Numbered from the stretch's first letter, positions 15,729 through 25,902 are shown. The stretch: DNA of 38,681 nucleotides from Minisyncoccota bacterium (GCA_036517475.1 DATDVZ010000008.1:1-38681), one strand, 5' to 3'. Made by a program: numbers and translations. Notes: a model not told the origin generated them from the sequence alone.

Positions 15729-18185
15729 GTGGCTAAAGAGAAAATAAAAAATCCGACCCCAAAAGGAAATATCATTGAGCGTTCGATTGTTTCTGAAATG
15801 AAAGAGTCTTTCATTGACTATGCCATGTCAGTTATTACTGACAGAGCTCTTCCGGATGTCCGAGACGGCTTAAAGCCGGTCCACCGCCGGATACTTTTTA
15901 CTATGCATGAAATGGGGCTTAATGCGGGAGCAAAGTTTAGGAAATCAGCGGCTGTTGTAGGAGATGTATTGGGGAAATATCATCCGCACGGCGATATGGC
16001 TGTGTATGAGGCTTTGGTAAAACTGGCACAGGATTTCAGCATGCGCTACCCCCTTATTTTTCCTCAAGGAAACTTCGGCTCCATAGACGGGGACAATGCT
16101 GCCGCTCCCAGATATACGGAGGCGAAGATGAGCCGTATTGCCGGTGAACTTCTTAAAGATATTGAAAAAGACACGGTGAGCTTCAGACCAAACTATGATT
16201 CAACAAGAAAAGAGCCGACAGTGATGCCGACATCCGTGCCGAATCTTCTTTTAAATGGCACTCTGGGTATTGCTGTCGGAATGGCAACAAACATTCCCCC
16301 GCATAATTTAAACGAGGTATCTGATGCGATTTCATTTCTAATTGATAATTCCGATGCCACAACAGAAGATCTTTTGGAATTTATAAAAGGCCCTGACTTT
16401 CCGACCGGCGGAATCGCTTTTAATCAAAAAGATATTCACCATGCTTACGCAACGGGACGCGGAGGAGTGGTGGTGCGCGGAGTGGCAGAAATAATTGAAA
16501 ACAAGCTGGGAAACTTCCAGATTATAATAAGCGAAATCCCATATCGTGTTAACAAGGCAACTCTAATTGAAAAAATTGCCGAACTTGTAAAGGATAAAAA
16601 AATAGAAGGAATCAGAGGGCTCAGGGACGAATCAACAAAAGACATACGGGTTGTTATAGAGCTAAAGGCAGGAAGTCAGCCACAGAAAATTCTCAACTCA
16701 CTTTATAAGCATACTCAACTTGAAGAAACTTTTCATTTTAATCTTGTTGGCTTAATTGACGGTGTGCCACAAACTCTTTCATTAAAGCCGATTCTTGAGG
16801 AATTTATTGATCATAGGAAAGAAGTTATCCGCAGAAGAACTGTCTTTGATCTAGCTAAGGCAGAGAATCGCGAACATATTCTTTTAGGGCTAAAAAAAGC
16901 TCTTGACCATATTGATGCAATCATAAAACTCATAAAGGCTTCAAAAACGGTTGAGGACGCAAAATCTGAACTTATAAGGCAGTTTAAATTCTCCGAGATG
17001 CAAGCCATTGCGATACTTGAAATGAAGCTTCAGAGACTTGCTGGACTTGAACGCAAAAAAATTGAGGATGAACTTATAGAGATGCAGAAACTTATTGCAG
17101 AATTAAAAGGAATTCTAGCAAGCCCCAAAAAAATACTTTCAATAATTAAAAAAGAATTGGCGGATCTTCAGGAAAAATACGGCGATGAAAGGAGAACAAA
17201 AATCGTAAAAGGCGGAATAAAGGTTTTTTCAGTTGAAGACTTGATAGCTGATACTGATAATGCCTTGGTTCTGACAGCGGGCGGTTACATTAAGCGCACA
17301 AATCCTGATGAATTCAAAAAACAAAAGAGGGGAGGAGTAGGGGTAATTGATCTAGATACGAAGGAGGAGGATTTCGTGACCCATTTTCTGACAGCATCAA
17401 CTCACAGTGATCTTTTATTCTTTACCGACAAAGGCAAGGTCTACCAGATAAAAATGTATGATATTCCGGAAGGGAAGCGTGCAACACGCGGCAAATCTAT
17501 AATGAATTATATTTCTCTTGGAAGCGAGGAAAAAATAACTTCAATTTTACCCGTTCCCAAAGACTCTAAAGAAAAGGAGGGGTTATCACTCATTATGGTT
17601 ACTAGAAATGGCACAAGCAAAAGAGTAAGCGCGGGGGTTTTCCGTGATGTCAGGACAAGCGGAATAATTGCAATAAAACTTACGGAAGATGATTCCCTGG
17701 TGAGCGCATCTTTAATTGAAAAGGGAGATACTGTCTCTGTCGTAACTGCTAAGGGTCAGGCGATCAGATTTAAAGATTCGGACGTACGTGAGATGGGAAG
17801 AGGGGCCGGAGGAGTGAGAGTCATAAAAATACGCAAAGGTGACCTGGTTGTTGGAGCGCAAGTTGTTAACCACAATTTTAAAAAACCAATGCTTTTGACA
17901 GTAACGCAGAACGGATACGGAAAGAAAACAGATTTGGATGAATATAAAATTCAGAAAAGAGGTGGAAGCGGAATAAAGACAGGAAAAGTGACTTCAAAAA
18001 CTGGAGAAATAATTGCCTCAGCTGTTGTGACGGAGGAAGAGGAAGAGATTGTGGCAATTTCAAAAAAAGGACAAGTGATTAGGACAGGGATTGCGGAGAT
18101 TCCGGAGTTAGGACGTCAGACACAAGGTGTAAGAATAATGAAACTACGCGAGGGGGACAACCTGGCTTCAGTCATTTGTCTATGA
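15729..18185 (+). CDS. gyrA: DNA gyrase subunit A
   Basis: [30 protein letters not shown] (catalytic Tyr), GyrA-box QKRGGVG. Confidence 0.98.
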   Translation: MAKEKIKNPTPKGNIIERSIVSEMKESFIDYAMSVITDRALPDVRDGLKPVHRRILFTMHEMGLNAGAKFRKSAAVVGDVLGKYHPHGDMAVYEALVKLAQDFSMRYPLIFPQGNFGSIDGDNAAAPRYTEAKMSRIAGELLKDIEKDTVSFRPNYDSTRKEPTVMPTSVPNLLLNGTLGIAVGMATNIPPHNLNEVSDAISFLIDNSDATTEDLLEFIKGPDFPTGGIAFNQKDIHHAYATGRGGVVVRGVAEIIENKLGNFQIIISEIPYRVNKATLIEKIAELVKDKKIEGIRGLRDESTKDIRVVIELKAGSQPQKILNSLYKHTQLEETFHFNLVGLIDGVPQTLSLKPILEEFIDHRKEVIRRRTVFDLAKAENREHILLGLKKALDHIDAIIKLIKASKTVEDAKSELIRQFKFSEMQAIAILEMKLQRLAGLERKKIEDELIEMQKLIAELKGILASPKKILSIIKKELADLQEKYGDERRTKIVKGGIKVFSVEDLIADTDNALVLTAGGYIKRTNPDEFKKQKRGGVGVIDLDTKEEDFVTHFLTASTHSDLLFFTDKGKVYQIKMYDIPEGKRATRGKSIMNYISLGSEEKITSILPVPKDSKEKEGLSLIMVTRNGTSKRVSAGVFRDVRTSGIIAIKLTEDDSLVSASLIEKGDTVSVVTAKGQAIRFKDSDVREMGRGAGGVRVIKIRKGDLVVGAQVVNHNFKKPMLLTVTQNGYGKKTDLDEYKIQKRGGSGIKTGKVTSKTGEIIASAVVTEEEEEIVAISKKGQVIRTGIAEIPELGRQTQGVRIMKLREGDNLASVICL

Positions 18186-18190
18186 TTTCA

Positions 18191-18215
18191 CACTTGGACA
18201 TCGAATGTCCAAGTG
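18191..18215. repeat. REP-like hairpin left of the RAYT gene
   Basis: CACTTGGACAT-cga-ATGTCCAAGTG. Confidence 0.85.
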
Positions 18216-18230
18216 AGTTATAATAAATAT

Positions 18231-18878
18231 ATGAGAAAGACACCGCTAGTTACTGGGGAATTTTACCATGTATATAACCGGGGAGTAGATAAAAGGAAAA
18301 TATTTAATAATCATTATGATTTAGAAAGATTTCTCCAAAGCATGGAGGAATTTAATTCTGTTGAACCAATTGGAAGTATTTACGAAAATTCTTACGTAAA
18401 AAATAACAAGAAAACTCAACTTGGACATCGAATGTCCAAGTTAGAACTTGTTGAATTTATAACTTATTGCCTGAATCAAAATCACTATCATCTTTTATTG
18501 AGACAAAAAGCGGAAAAAGGTATTGAAAGATTTATGCAGAAGCTTGGAAACGGATATACAAAATTTTTTAACAACAAATATAAAAGATCAGGAGTTCTTT
18601 TTCAAGGAAGTTTCAAATCAATTCACGTTGAGTCTAATGAATATCTTCTGCATTTAAGTGCTTATATTAATCTAAATAACAAGCAAAAAAACAACAAAAC
18701 ATTAAGTAAAAGCAGTTGGGAAGAATACACAGAAGATTATCAAAACCGAGTTTGCAAAACCGAAATTATTCTTGATCAGTTTAAAAATAAAAAAGATTAT
18801 AAATCATTCGCAGAATCATCTTTAGAAGATATAATTGTCAGAAAAAAAATGTTGGATGAATTGGAAGAACTTGAATAA
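18231..18878 (+). mobile_element. IS200-like / REP-associated HUH Y1 tyrosine transposase (RAYT-like)
   Basis: FYHVYNRGVDKRKIF, HUH motif NHYHLLL, LFQGSFKS, YINLN; flanked by inverted REPs. ATG 18231 preferred over GTG 18213. Confidence 0.9.
18418..18442. repeat. REP-like hairpin inside the RAYT coding sequence
   Basis: AACTTGGACAT-cga-ATGTCCAAGTT, read in-frame as QLGHRMSKL. Confidence 0.85.
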
Positions 18879-18889
18879 GCAACTGGTTT

Positions 18890-18912
18890 ACTTGGACATT
18901 CGATGTCCAAGT
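18890..18912. repeat. REP-like hairpin right of the RAYT gene (inverted orientation)
   Basis: ACTTGGACAT-tcg-ATGTCCAAGT; the loop is the reverse complement of the left copy's loop. Confidence 0.85.
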
Positions 18913-18953
18913 GGGGGTCGATAAAATGTGGAATTTTTTTGTATAATTAGATC

Positions 18954-19484
18954 ATGTCATTCTCTAATCCTGAAAAAAATATTGAACAGTTTGCATTAAG
19001 ACTGGGTTCATCAGTTGCAGATTTTGGATCAGGCTCGGGGCATCACAGTTTATCACTTGCGGGCGCTGTCGGAGAAAAAGGGAAAGTTTACGCAGTAGAT
19101 GTTCAGAAGGAATTACTTTCAAAATTAAAGAAAGAGGCAAATAATAAGGGGTTTTTTAATGTCGAAATTGTCTGGGGGGATTTGGAAAAAATTGGTGGCA
19201 CAAAAATTGCCGATTCGTCTGTAGATGCGGTGTTGATTTCAAACCTTTTGTTTCAGGTTGAAAAAAAAGAAAATGTAGCAGAGGAGACCAAAAGAATTTT
19301 AAAAAAGGAAGGCAAGCTCCTGGTGATTGACTGGCAGGAAAGTTTCGGAGGAATTGGTCCTCACCCCGATCAGGTATATGAGAAAAAAAGCGCAAAGGCG
19401 TTATTTGAAAGCAAGAGGTTTATATATGACCGTGAAATTGTAGCTGGGGAGCACCACTACGGATTAATTTTCAGAAAAGCCTGA
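18954..19484 (+). CDS. class I SAM-dependent methyltransferase
   Basis: VADFGSGSG motif I, VYAVD, VDAVLISNLLFQ. Confidence 0.9.
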   Translation: MSFSNPEKNIEQFALRLGSSVADFGSGSGHHSLSLAGAVGEKGKVYAVDVQKELLSKLKKEANNKGFFNVEIVWGDLEKIGGTKIADSSVDAVLISNLLFQVEKKENVAEETKRILKKEGKLLVIDWQESFGGIGPHPDQVYEKKSAKALFESKRFIYDREIVAGEHHYGLIFRKA

Positions 19485-19633
19485 AAGTTAGTTTATAATT
19501 TTTAATTCTAAATTTTTGTTGAATTCCTATTTTAAAAATTGGTTTATTGAAACATTTATTAAAAATTAAAAATTGGAAATTAATGAATGTTATTGTGGAA
19601 ATCAGATGGTTATTAAAGTGATATAATTTTGGG

Positions 19634-20935
19634 ATGCAGCAAAGTAAGTTCCAACTCATATTAATAGGTGTATTTACGGTATTTATAGTTATTGGGGTAA
19701 TTCTTTTTGCCATGTCAGGCAGAGGATCAAGCTCTAAAATCGCAAGACTGACCGTCTGGGGCACAATGCAGCAGCCGATTTTTCTTAATATTTACGATCA
19801 GTCCTCGCTTTCAAAAAATAAAAATATAGCAATTACTTATGTAGAGAAATCTCCGAATACATTTGATTCTGAGTTTGTGAATGCTTTGGCTGAAGGCAGA
19901 GGCCCTGATATTATATTTTTAACTCACGATTCTTTACTTAAGAACACGAATAGACTCATAGTTATCCCTTATGACAGCTATTCCGAAAGAACTTTCAAGG
20001 ACACCTTTGTTGAGGAAGGGGAGCTATTTTTAACTCCGTCGGGTATTCTTGCCCTACCTATAACAATTGATCCTCTGATTATGTACTGGAATAGGGATAT
20101 TTTTACAAGTGCTGGAATTGCAGAGCCCCCAGCATTCTGGGATGAATTCTTCAAGCTTTCACAAAACCTCACTCTTAAAGATGGAGCATTTAATATTAAA
20201 AGATCAACAATTGCACTTGGTGAATACAGCAACATTAATAATGCTAAGGAAATCTTCTCGGCTTTGCTAATGCAGGCAGGCACTCCGATAGTTGCTAGAG
20301 TGAACGGCATTCCCACAAGTCTTTTAAGCGAGAAATTTAATCTTCCTATACAACCGGCAACATCTGCGCTTTCTTTCTATACTGAGTTTTCAAATCCAAG
20401 CAAACCGCATTATTCCTGGAACCGCTCCCGTCCGAATTCAGTCGACGCGTTTCTTGTTGGTGATCTGGCGGTGTATTTTGGTTTAGCATCAGAGCTTCCA
20501 AAACTTAAACTCAAAAATCCGAACTTGAATTTTGATATTAAAGCCCTGCCGCAATCAAGTAATGTGAGAACTGGAGAGAGAAAAGTTACTTTTGGAAGGA
20601 TGTTGGGGGCGGCAATTGTCAGAAATTCCACCAAAGTCAGCCCGGCATTTGCTGCAATACTTGAATTTTCCAGTGCCAATTTTTCAAAACGATTTGCTGA
20701 AGTTAACTCTGTGTCGCCGGCCCGCAGGGACTTGCTTTCTCAATATCAAGCTGATGCTTTTAAGCCGGTGGTCTACAGCTCGGCACTTTCTGCTAAGGCG
20801 TGGCTTGATCCGGATTACGCAGGAACTTCTTCAATTTTTGAGAATCTGATAGAGTCTGTTACTGGCGGACGACTTAAAATGGAGGCAGCTATAACTGGAG
20901 CAAACTCCTCAATTACTCAATTGCTAAGAAAATAA
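19634..20935 (+). CDS. membrane-anchored extracellular solute-binding protein (ABC carbohydrate-type fold)
   Basis: N-terminal TM helix, LTVWG, ALAEGRGPDI, LIMYWNRDIF, FLVGDLAVYFG. Confidence 0.8.
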   Translation: MQQSKFQLILIGVFTVFIVIGVILFAMSGRGSSSKIARLTVWGTMQQPIFLNIYDQSSLSKNKNIAITYVEKSPNTFDSEFVNALAEGRGPDIIFLTHDSLLKNTNRLIVIPYDSYSERTFKDTFVEEGELFLTPSGILALPITIDPLIMYWNRDIFTSAGIAEPPAFWDEFFKLSQNLTLKDGAFNIKRSTIALGEYSNINNAKEIFSALLMQAGTPIVARVNGIPTSLLSEKFNLPIQPATSALSFYTEFSNPSKPHYSWNRSRPNSVDAFLVGDLAVYFGLASELPKLKLKNPNLNFDIKALPQSSNVRTGERKVTFGRMLGAAIVRNSTKVSPAFAAILEFSSANFSKRFAEVNSVSPARRDLLSQYQADAFKPVVYSSALSAKAWLDPDYAGTSSIFENLIESVTGGRLKMEAAITGANSSITQLLRK

Positions 20936-21345
20936 TGAAATTAAATTTTTTTATAAATATATTTGTTCATCTGCTGGTTTTTTGTATTTTAATTTTACCC
21001 CTGTCATCTATTGCTCAAGATACTAATTTGATTGTCTGCGATCCTAAACAACCAAATGCAAATAATTTGCCGGACTGCGGATTTAATCAGCTTATACAAC
21101 TTGGAATAAATTTAATAAATTTTCTCATTGTTCTAGCTGTGCCTCTTGCCGCAATCTCTTTTGTCTGGGCTGGGGTGCTGCTTCTAACTTCAGGTGGGAG
21201 CGAATCAGCAAGGGATAAGGCAAAAACGGTTGCTACAAAGACTGGCTGGGGTCTTATAATAGTTATCGGAGCTTGGGTAATAGTTAAGACTATACTTGTG
21301 GTTCTACTCGGGGATGATTCGGGTTATTCACTTCTAACATTTTAG
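20935..21345 (+). CDS. TrbC/VirB2-like pilin 1
   Basis: Signal peptide plus two hydrophobic helices around GSESARDKAK. Confidence 0.75.
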   Translation: MKLNFFINIFVHLLVFCILILPLSSIAQDTNLIVCDPKQPNANNLPDCGFNQLIQLGINLINFLIVLAVPLAAISFVWAGVLLLTSGGSESARDKAKTVATKTGWGLIIVIGAWVIVKTILVVLLGDDSGYSLLTF

Positions 21346-21348
21346 AAT

Positions 21349-21846
21349 ATGAAAATATCTACTAAAATAAATAGCATGAAGATTAATTCCTTATCAGCAA
21401 TACTGGTAATTTTAATATTATTTGTAGTATTTCCCTACACTGCAAGTGCCGCTTGCCCGCAAGGTTATATTGAAAGAGACGGAACATGCTGGCTTCAAGA
21501 CATAAATGTAGAAGGCCAAAATGATCCGGGGCCTGATGCAGAAGGAAGTAATAGGGGTTGTCCTGCCAACACTATCTGTATAGATAATCCAGTAAGCGGA
21601 GAAGATACTCTGGAGGGATTTATTAATTTGATTATTAGAAACATCATAATGCCAGTAGGGGGGGTTATTGCTGTTGTATTTATAATTTACTCTGGTTTTC
21701 TTTTTGCTACTGCAAGAGGTAGTGAAGAAAAAATCAAAACTGCCAAGAGAGCATTTCTTTATGCTGTAATTGGGGCTCTCATATTGCTAGGGGCAATGGT
21801 TATATCGGAGGCCATAAAGGGAACTATTGATCAAATAAGAACTTAA
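21349..21846 (+). CDS. TrbC/VirB2-like pilin 2
   Basis: Signal peptide, Cys-containing N-domain, ARGSEEKIKTAK between TM helices. Confidence 0.75.
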   Translation: MKISTKINSMKINSLSAILVILILFVVFPYTASAACPQGYIERDGTCWLQDINVEGQNDPGPDAEGSNRGCPANTICIDNPVSGEDTLEGFINLIIRNIIMPVGGVIAVVFIIYSGFLFATARGSEEKIKTAKRAFLYAVIGALILLGAMVISEAIKGTIDQIRT

Positions 21847-22233
21847 ATGTTTTATAAAAAAATTAGTCTGTCTGCATTTTTTATTCTAGTTCTGATTTTT
21901 GCGCCCCTTTCAATTGCTAATGCGGCTCCGATTTGTGAATTTAGTTATCCGCCAACCGAACCTCAAAATTTTAAGGATTTTACATGCGTCCTCATAAATG
22001 GAATAAGTATGCTCGTTCCGGTAATTATAGGTCTCACACTTATTATTTTTCTCTGGGGACTGGCAAGATTCATCTGGGCTGGGGGAGACGAAGAAAAAAT
22101 AAAATCCGGCAAATCTCTCATGTTCTGGGGAATTGTCGGGCTGTTTGTAATGGTTTCAGTCTGGGGGATTATAAATATTTTATACGGAAGCTTTTTTAGC
22201 GGAGGCATCAGGTTGCCGCTTTTAAGACAATAA
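21847..22233 (+). CDS. TrbC/VirB2-like pilin 3
   Basis: AGGDEEKIKSGKSLMFWGIVGLFVMVSVWGII. Confidence 0.8.
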   Translation: MFYKKISLSAFFILVLIFAPLSIANAAPICEFSYPPTEPQNFKDFTCVLINGISMLVPVIIGLTLIIFLWGLARFIWAGGDEEKIKSGKSLMFWGIVGLFVMVSVWGIINILYGSFFSGGIRLPLLRQ

Positions 22234-22245
22234 AAAAATAATTTT

Positions 22246-22548
22246 ATGAATGTTATAGGTCAAATTTGTCCAGCTATTCTAGGTTCACCAGTTGCAAGGC
22301 TTCAGGATCTGATACTTAAAATTAGCTGCTTAATTGGTCCTTTAATCAATGTTCTTATTGGTTTGGGTTTGGTATTTTTTCTCTGGAATCTGGCAGTATT
22401 TATTCTTAAAGCCGGCGATGAGGAAGCAAGAAAAAATGCAAAAAAAATGATGTTTTGGGGGATTTTAGCCATTTTCATAATGGTTTCAATCTGGGGGATA
22501 ATAAAAATACTTCAAGGGGAATTTGGCATTGAGGCTGTTAGTTTTTAG
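22246..22548 (+). CDS. TrbC/VirB2-like pilin 4
   Basis: AGDEEARKNAKKMMFWGILAIFIMVSIWGII. Confidence 0.8.
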   Translation: MNVIGQICPAILGSPVARLQDLILKISCLIGPLINVLIGLGLVFFLWNLAVFILKAGDEEARKNAKKMMFWGILAIFIMVSIWGIIKILQGEFGIEAVSF

Positions 22549-22577
22549 TTTTAATTTGGCTATATTTTTTGGAAATT

Positions 22578-22617
22578 ACTTGGACATCCGATGTCCTTGG
22601 ACATCGGATGTCCAAGT
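22578..22617. repeat. REPIN-like inverted doublet of the RAYT-associated REP
   Basis: ACTTGGACATCCGATGTCC-tt-GGACATCGGATGTCCAAGT, 19 bp perfect arms. Confidence 0.85.
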
Positions 22618-22707
22618 GGGTGGTACTATCCACAACGACTAGAATTTTGGCTAAAAGATGCTATTATTTATTAATACCCAAAGGTATTAATAATTAATTA
22701 TTAGTTT

Positions 22708-23073
22708 ATGAAAATGAAAAAATTAGTCTTGATTTCTGGCGGTATCACAGCTGCCCTTTTGCCTGTAATGGCATTTGCTCAGCAATTTACATATGCTTCC
22801 TCGTTTCTTACAACGTTGAGCAATCTTATCAATCAGGCAACACCTATAATTATAGGGCTGGCTTTACTTTTCTTCCTTTACGGTTTGATGACATTTATTC
22901 TTGCTGCGGGAGATGAGGAAAAGAGCAAGAAGGGTAAGAAAATCATGGTATGGGGCATTGTTGCTCTGTTTATCATGGTTTCAATCTGGGGAATTATCCG
23001 ATTGCTCCAGACAAATACCGGTGTTCCGGGTGATGTTAATGCTCCGACGGTGCCAAGACCCCCAACAGGCTAA
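22708..23073 (+). CDS. TrbC/VirB2-like pilin 5
   Basis: Signal peptide ending MAFA; AGDEEKSKKGKKIMVWGIVALFIMVSIWGII. Confidence 0.8.
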   Translation: MKMKKLVLISGGITAALLPVMAFAQQFTYASSFLTTLSNLINQATPIIIGLALLFFLYGLMTFILAAGDEEKSKKGKKIMVWGIVALFIMVSIWGIIRLLQTNTGVPGDVNAPTVPRPPTG

Positions 23074-23084
23074 TTCTCTAAGGC

Positions 23085-23357
23085 ATGAATGGGTACACTG
23101 TTGAACCGCTACTACGCAAAATAAACGCGGCAATATTAAATCCGCTTATAACCTTACTTTTTGCAATTGCGCTTTTGTATTTTCTATACGGAGTTTTTCA
23201 GTTTGTGAGAAAAACAGATGACACTAAGGCAATGGAAGAAGGAAAACAGGCTATGCTGTGGGGGATAATCGGAATGTTTATAATGTTTGCAGTTGCCGGT
23301 ATCATTGGTGTTGTTCTTAATACGTTTGGAATAAGCACTGACTATCTTCCATTCTAG
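23085..23357 (+). CDS. TrbC/VirB2-like pilin 6
   Basis: TDDTKAMEEGKQAMLWGIIGMFIM between TM helices. Confidence 0.75.
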   Translation: MNGYTVEPLLRKINAAILNPLITLLFAIALLYFLYGVFQFVRKTDDTKAMEEGKQAMLWGIIGMFIMFAVAGIIGVVLNTFGISTDYLPF

Positions 23358-23423
23358 CCCTGTTAAATAATCAAAAATCCCGATTAAGTCGGGATTTTTG
23401 ATTCTCAGGCAAATTTAACATGG
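23358..23423. repeat. CCCTGTTAAAT-armed element enclosing a terminator-like hairpin
   Basis: Outer arms CCCTGTTAAAT / ATTTAACATGG; inner 15 bp stem at 23369-23403. Confidence 0.6.
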
Positions 23424-23450
23424 TAAATTGAATAAATATTTTGCTACTAT

Positions 23451-24413
23451 ATGATAATGGGAAAATTCAACCGGGGGGATTCTGATACACTTTTCATTAT
23501 AGGAATTGCAGCGCTACTTTTGGTATTTTTGATTGGCGGAAGAAACTTTCTCAATATTGGTGGGACTGGTTTTCTTTCAATTCCTGGAGGCCCATCTGTT
23601 TTTGAGTCTGTTTCAAGAAGCGATCAGTCTATTCAGGACCCAAATAGCTCCTATTGGCGAGGAAAAGTCAGTTTGAGTCCCGGCAATGTCTATGAAATAC
23701 AGCCATATTTGGAATACGTGACTATTAATGCGGGGGATGTGGGGGAGAGTGGAGTAAATATTTCCGGCTGGTATCTTACAAACAATAAGGGGCAACGCCG
23801 AGTGCAGTTTGGTGGAAATGATCAGTATTTTGCCTCTGATAAAGCAGTAATACCTTATGTTGCCAAACTTTTTTTAACTAACAATAGTAACTATCTTTCA
23901 CCAGTAGTTCTGCATTCCGGAGGAAGTGCGATACTTATAACAGGAAGTTTTGGCAACAGAAGTCCATTTCAAGTTACCAGTTTCCAAGTGAATAAATGCA
24001 GCGGCTATTTGGAAAATGTGACTGGTTACGATTTTCATCCACCACTTTCTCAAAGCTGCCCTGTTCCCTCAAAGGAAGTTGGTGCTGATGCACTTCAAAG
24101 TGATTGTTATGATTTTGTAAAAAGAATGCCTTATTGTCACAAACCCGAAATGGATAAATTTGTTAAGGTCAATGGTGTGGAAGAAAGCGGTTATGTTGAC
24201 GGAGTCGGAGGTCTATCAAACCAGTGTAAAACATACCTTCAAGCGCATTACTCATATGAAGGGTGTCTTGCGTATCACGCAACTGAAGAAGATTTTTATA
24301 AGAACGAATGGAGAATATTTCTAAATAATTCCTGGGAGCTCTGGGGCAAGGATAGAGAAGTTATAACTCTTTATGATAGCTCGGGTAAAGTTGTAGATCA
24401 GGTTTCATATTAA
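23451..24413 (+). CDS. membrane-anchored extracellular protein with a lamin-tail-like domain
   Basis: N-terminal TM helix, EYVTI...VNISGWYLTN, Cys-rich middle, C-terminal WGKDREVITLYDSSGKVVD. ATG 23457 may be the true start. Confidence 0.7.
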   Translation: MIMGKFNRGDSDTLFIIGIAALLLVFLIGGRNFLNIGGTGFLSIPGGPSVFESVSRSDQSIQDPNSSYWRGKVSLSPGNVYEIQPYLEYVTINAGDVGESGVNISGWYLTNNKGQRRVQFGGNDQYFASDKAVIPYVAKLFLTNNSNYLSPVVLHSGGSAILITGSFGNRSPFQVTSFQVNKCSGYLENVTGYDFHPPLSQSCPVPSKEVGADALQSDCYDFVKRMPYCHKPEMDKFVKVNGVEESGYVDGVGGLSNQCKTYLQAHYSYEGCLAYHATEEDFYKNEWRIFLNNSWELWGKDREVITLYDSSGKVVDQVSY

Positions 24414-24468
24414 TCTGTTAAAAATTTAATTAAAATTTGATAGCAGTCTAAATTTTTGATTAATTAAT

Positions 24469-24492
24469 TTTACTATGATATATCATAGTAAA
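24469..24492. repeat. distal TACTATGATATATCATAGTA palindrome
   Basis: 24 bp perfect palindrome in a convergent intergenic region. Confidence 0.9.
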
Positions 24493-24537
24493 TCATTATT
24501 AACACAAAGCAGACAGTAAATTTATTATCAAGTAAAA

Positions 24538-24559
24538 AGGCAAGCCTATTGGCTTGCCT
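24538..24559 (-). terminator. intrinsic terminator
   Basis: AGGCAAGCC-tatt-GGCTTGCCT plus a T-run on the minus strand. Confidence 0.7.
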
Positions 24560-24566
24560 TGTAAAG

Positions 24567-25799
24567 TTACGTTAGAGGTATTTTCATTAGCGCATAGCGA
24601 ATTCTGACAACTGTGTCAGAATTTGCTTTGAACGTCAGTGATTTGATGTCTCTTCCCAATTGAAGCTTTGGGCTTCCGGGGATGAAAAGAACACTATCCC
24701 CATTCTGCTTCCTAATCCAATAGGGTATTGAATCCAAACTTATGATCTGGATTTTATATTTGCGTGGTATTTCAACCGCATTACTCCACTCCATCCCTAC
24801 GATAATTACCGTGTCAATCATGTAATTACCGGCGATATATCGATCAGGAAGTCCATATCCAATGGGGCGTTTGTTATAGTGTGCGTACCAGCACCAGGAG
24901 GATTTCTGCCAGTCCTCGTAGCCGGTCTTACCTTCCTTGCGTTTCTCTCTGACAATGTGCTCCGCAAACGAAGCATTGCCATCAAGTGTATGAATATCAA
25001 TGCCTGCTGACTTTGCGCTATCTCCCCAGATCTTTTCGTTGATCTGGAAAATTCCCACATCATTGGGGTCAGTACCGCGAAAGACGGTTTTTCCATCATC
25101 ATCATATTGCCTGAAATGAGATTCACAGGCCGCAATGTTACGCAGTACTGTATCTGACACCAGAGCAAAAAGAGAATCACGGTCAGGTCCCAAAAAATGT
25201 CTCCAAGGGCTTTCCGTGAATTTCTCTGCCACGCTCGCGCTTCTCACCGGCACTGTGCTTGAAGGGGGAACCTGTTGTAGCTGTTGCAGTTTTTTTCCGT
25301 ATAGTAAAATCATGACAACAGGGATAACAAACGCCCCAGCAATAATCAGACCATCTTTCCACTGCTTTCCTGCCTTAGTTGCAGACTGTTTTGCAGGCGC
25401 AGCTGTTGCTGAAACTGGAGTGGCACTAGCCGAAGTTTTTGATTTTCTGAAAGCGTAAACCAGAATCAAAATGACGATAGTTACTGCTAACGCAATCAGC
25501 CCAAACTTACCAACTGATGACCAGTTGATTATCGGCCAATCAATCCCTTTTAACTTCTCAATGAGATAGACTACACTTACTGCAACCAGAACCACAACGA
25601 TGATGGCGTTTCGCCGCCATCTTGGCAGAAGTTTCTTTTTCATTTTGTAACCCAAAGCCTTTCTCCAGAGAATATATTGGTATGTCCTCTTATGAACTGT
25701 GAATCTTGCTTTGGTGTAGAGCCATTGGCGGCGAAGATAGCGAGTAAATTGATGTCGCCACATTTGGCCCAACAGAAAAAGCGAATTGGATAAATCCAT
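24567..25799 (-). CDS. multi-pass membrane protein with a lysozyme-like / lytic transglycosylase domain
   Basis: Three TM helices, then IAACES (catalytic Glu), VGIFQIN and a W..S..CW motif; AAGGAGG RBS. Confidence 0.75.
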   Translation of the reverse strand: MDLSNSLFLLGQMWRHQFTRYLRRQWLYTKARFTVHKRTYQYILWRKALGYKMKKKLLPRWRRNAIIVVVLVAVSVVYLIEKLKGIDWPIINWSSVGKFGLIALAVTIVILILVYAFRKSKTSASATPVSATAAPAKQSATKAGKQWKDGLIIAGAFVIPVVMILLYGKKLQQLQQVPPSSTVPVRSASVAEKFTESPWRHFLGPDRDSLFALVSDTVLRNIAACESHFRQYDDDGKTVFRGTDPNDVGIFQINEKIWGDSAKSAGIDIHTLDGNASFAEHIVREKRKEGKTGYEDWQKSSWCWYAHYNKRPIGYGLPDRYIAGNYMIDTVIIVGMEWSNAVEIPRKYKIQIISLDSIPYWIRKQNGDSVLFIPGSPKLQLGRDIKSLTFKANSDTVVRIRYALMKIPLT

Positions 25800-25831
25800 A
25801 CTTCCTCCTTTGTAAGATCTTTTCTTTTAAC

Positions 25832-25861
25832 ATACTAACACATTTTTTATACATTTGTCAA
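25832..25861 (-). promoter_or_regulatory. sigma70-like promoter
   Basis: TTGACA-N18-TAGTAT on the minus strand. Confidence 0.6.
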
Positions 25862-25865
25862 TTAA

Positions 25866-25894
25866 AAAAGCTAACCAGAACTTGGTTAGCTTTT
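25866..25894 (-). terminator. intrinsic terminator
   Basis: AAAAGCTAACCA-gaact-TGGTTAGCTTTT. Confidence 0.7.
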
Positions 25895-25902
25895 GATGAA
25901 CA

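Noticed and set aside
20935-23357. Diversity-generating retroelement or shufflon acting on the pilin array
   Set aside because: No reverse transcriptase or site-specific recombinase, and no near-identical template/variable repeat pair was visible.
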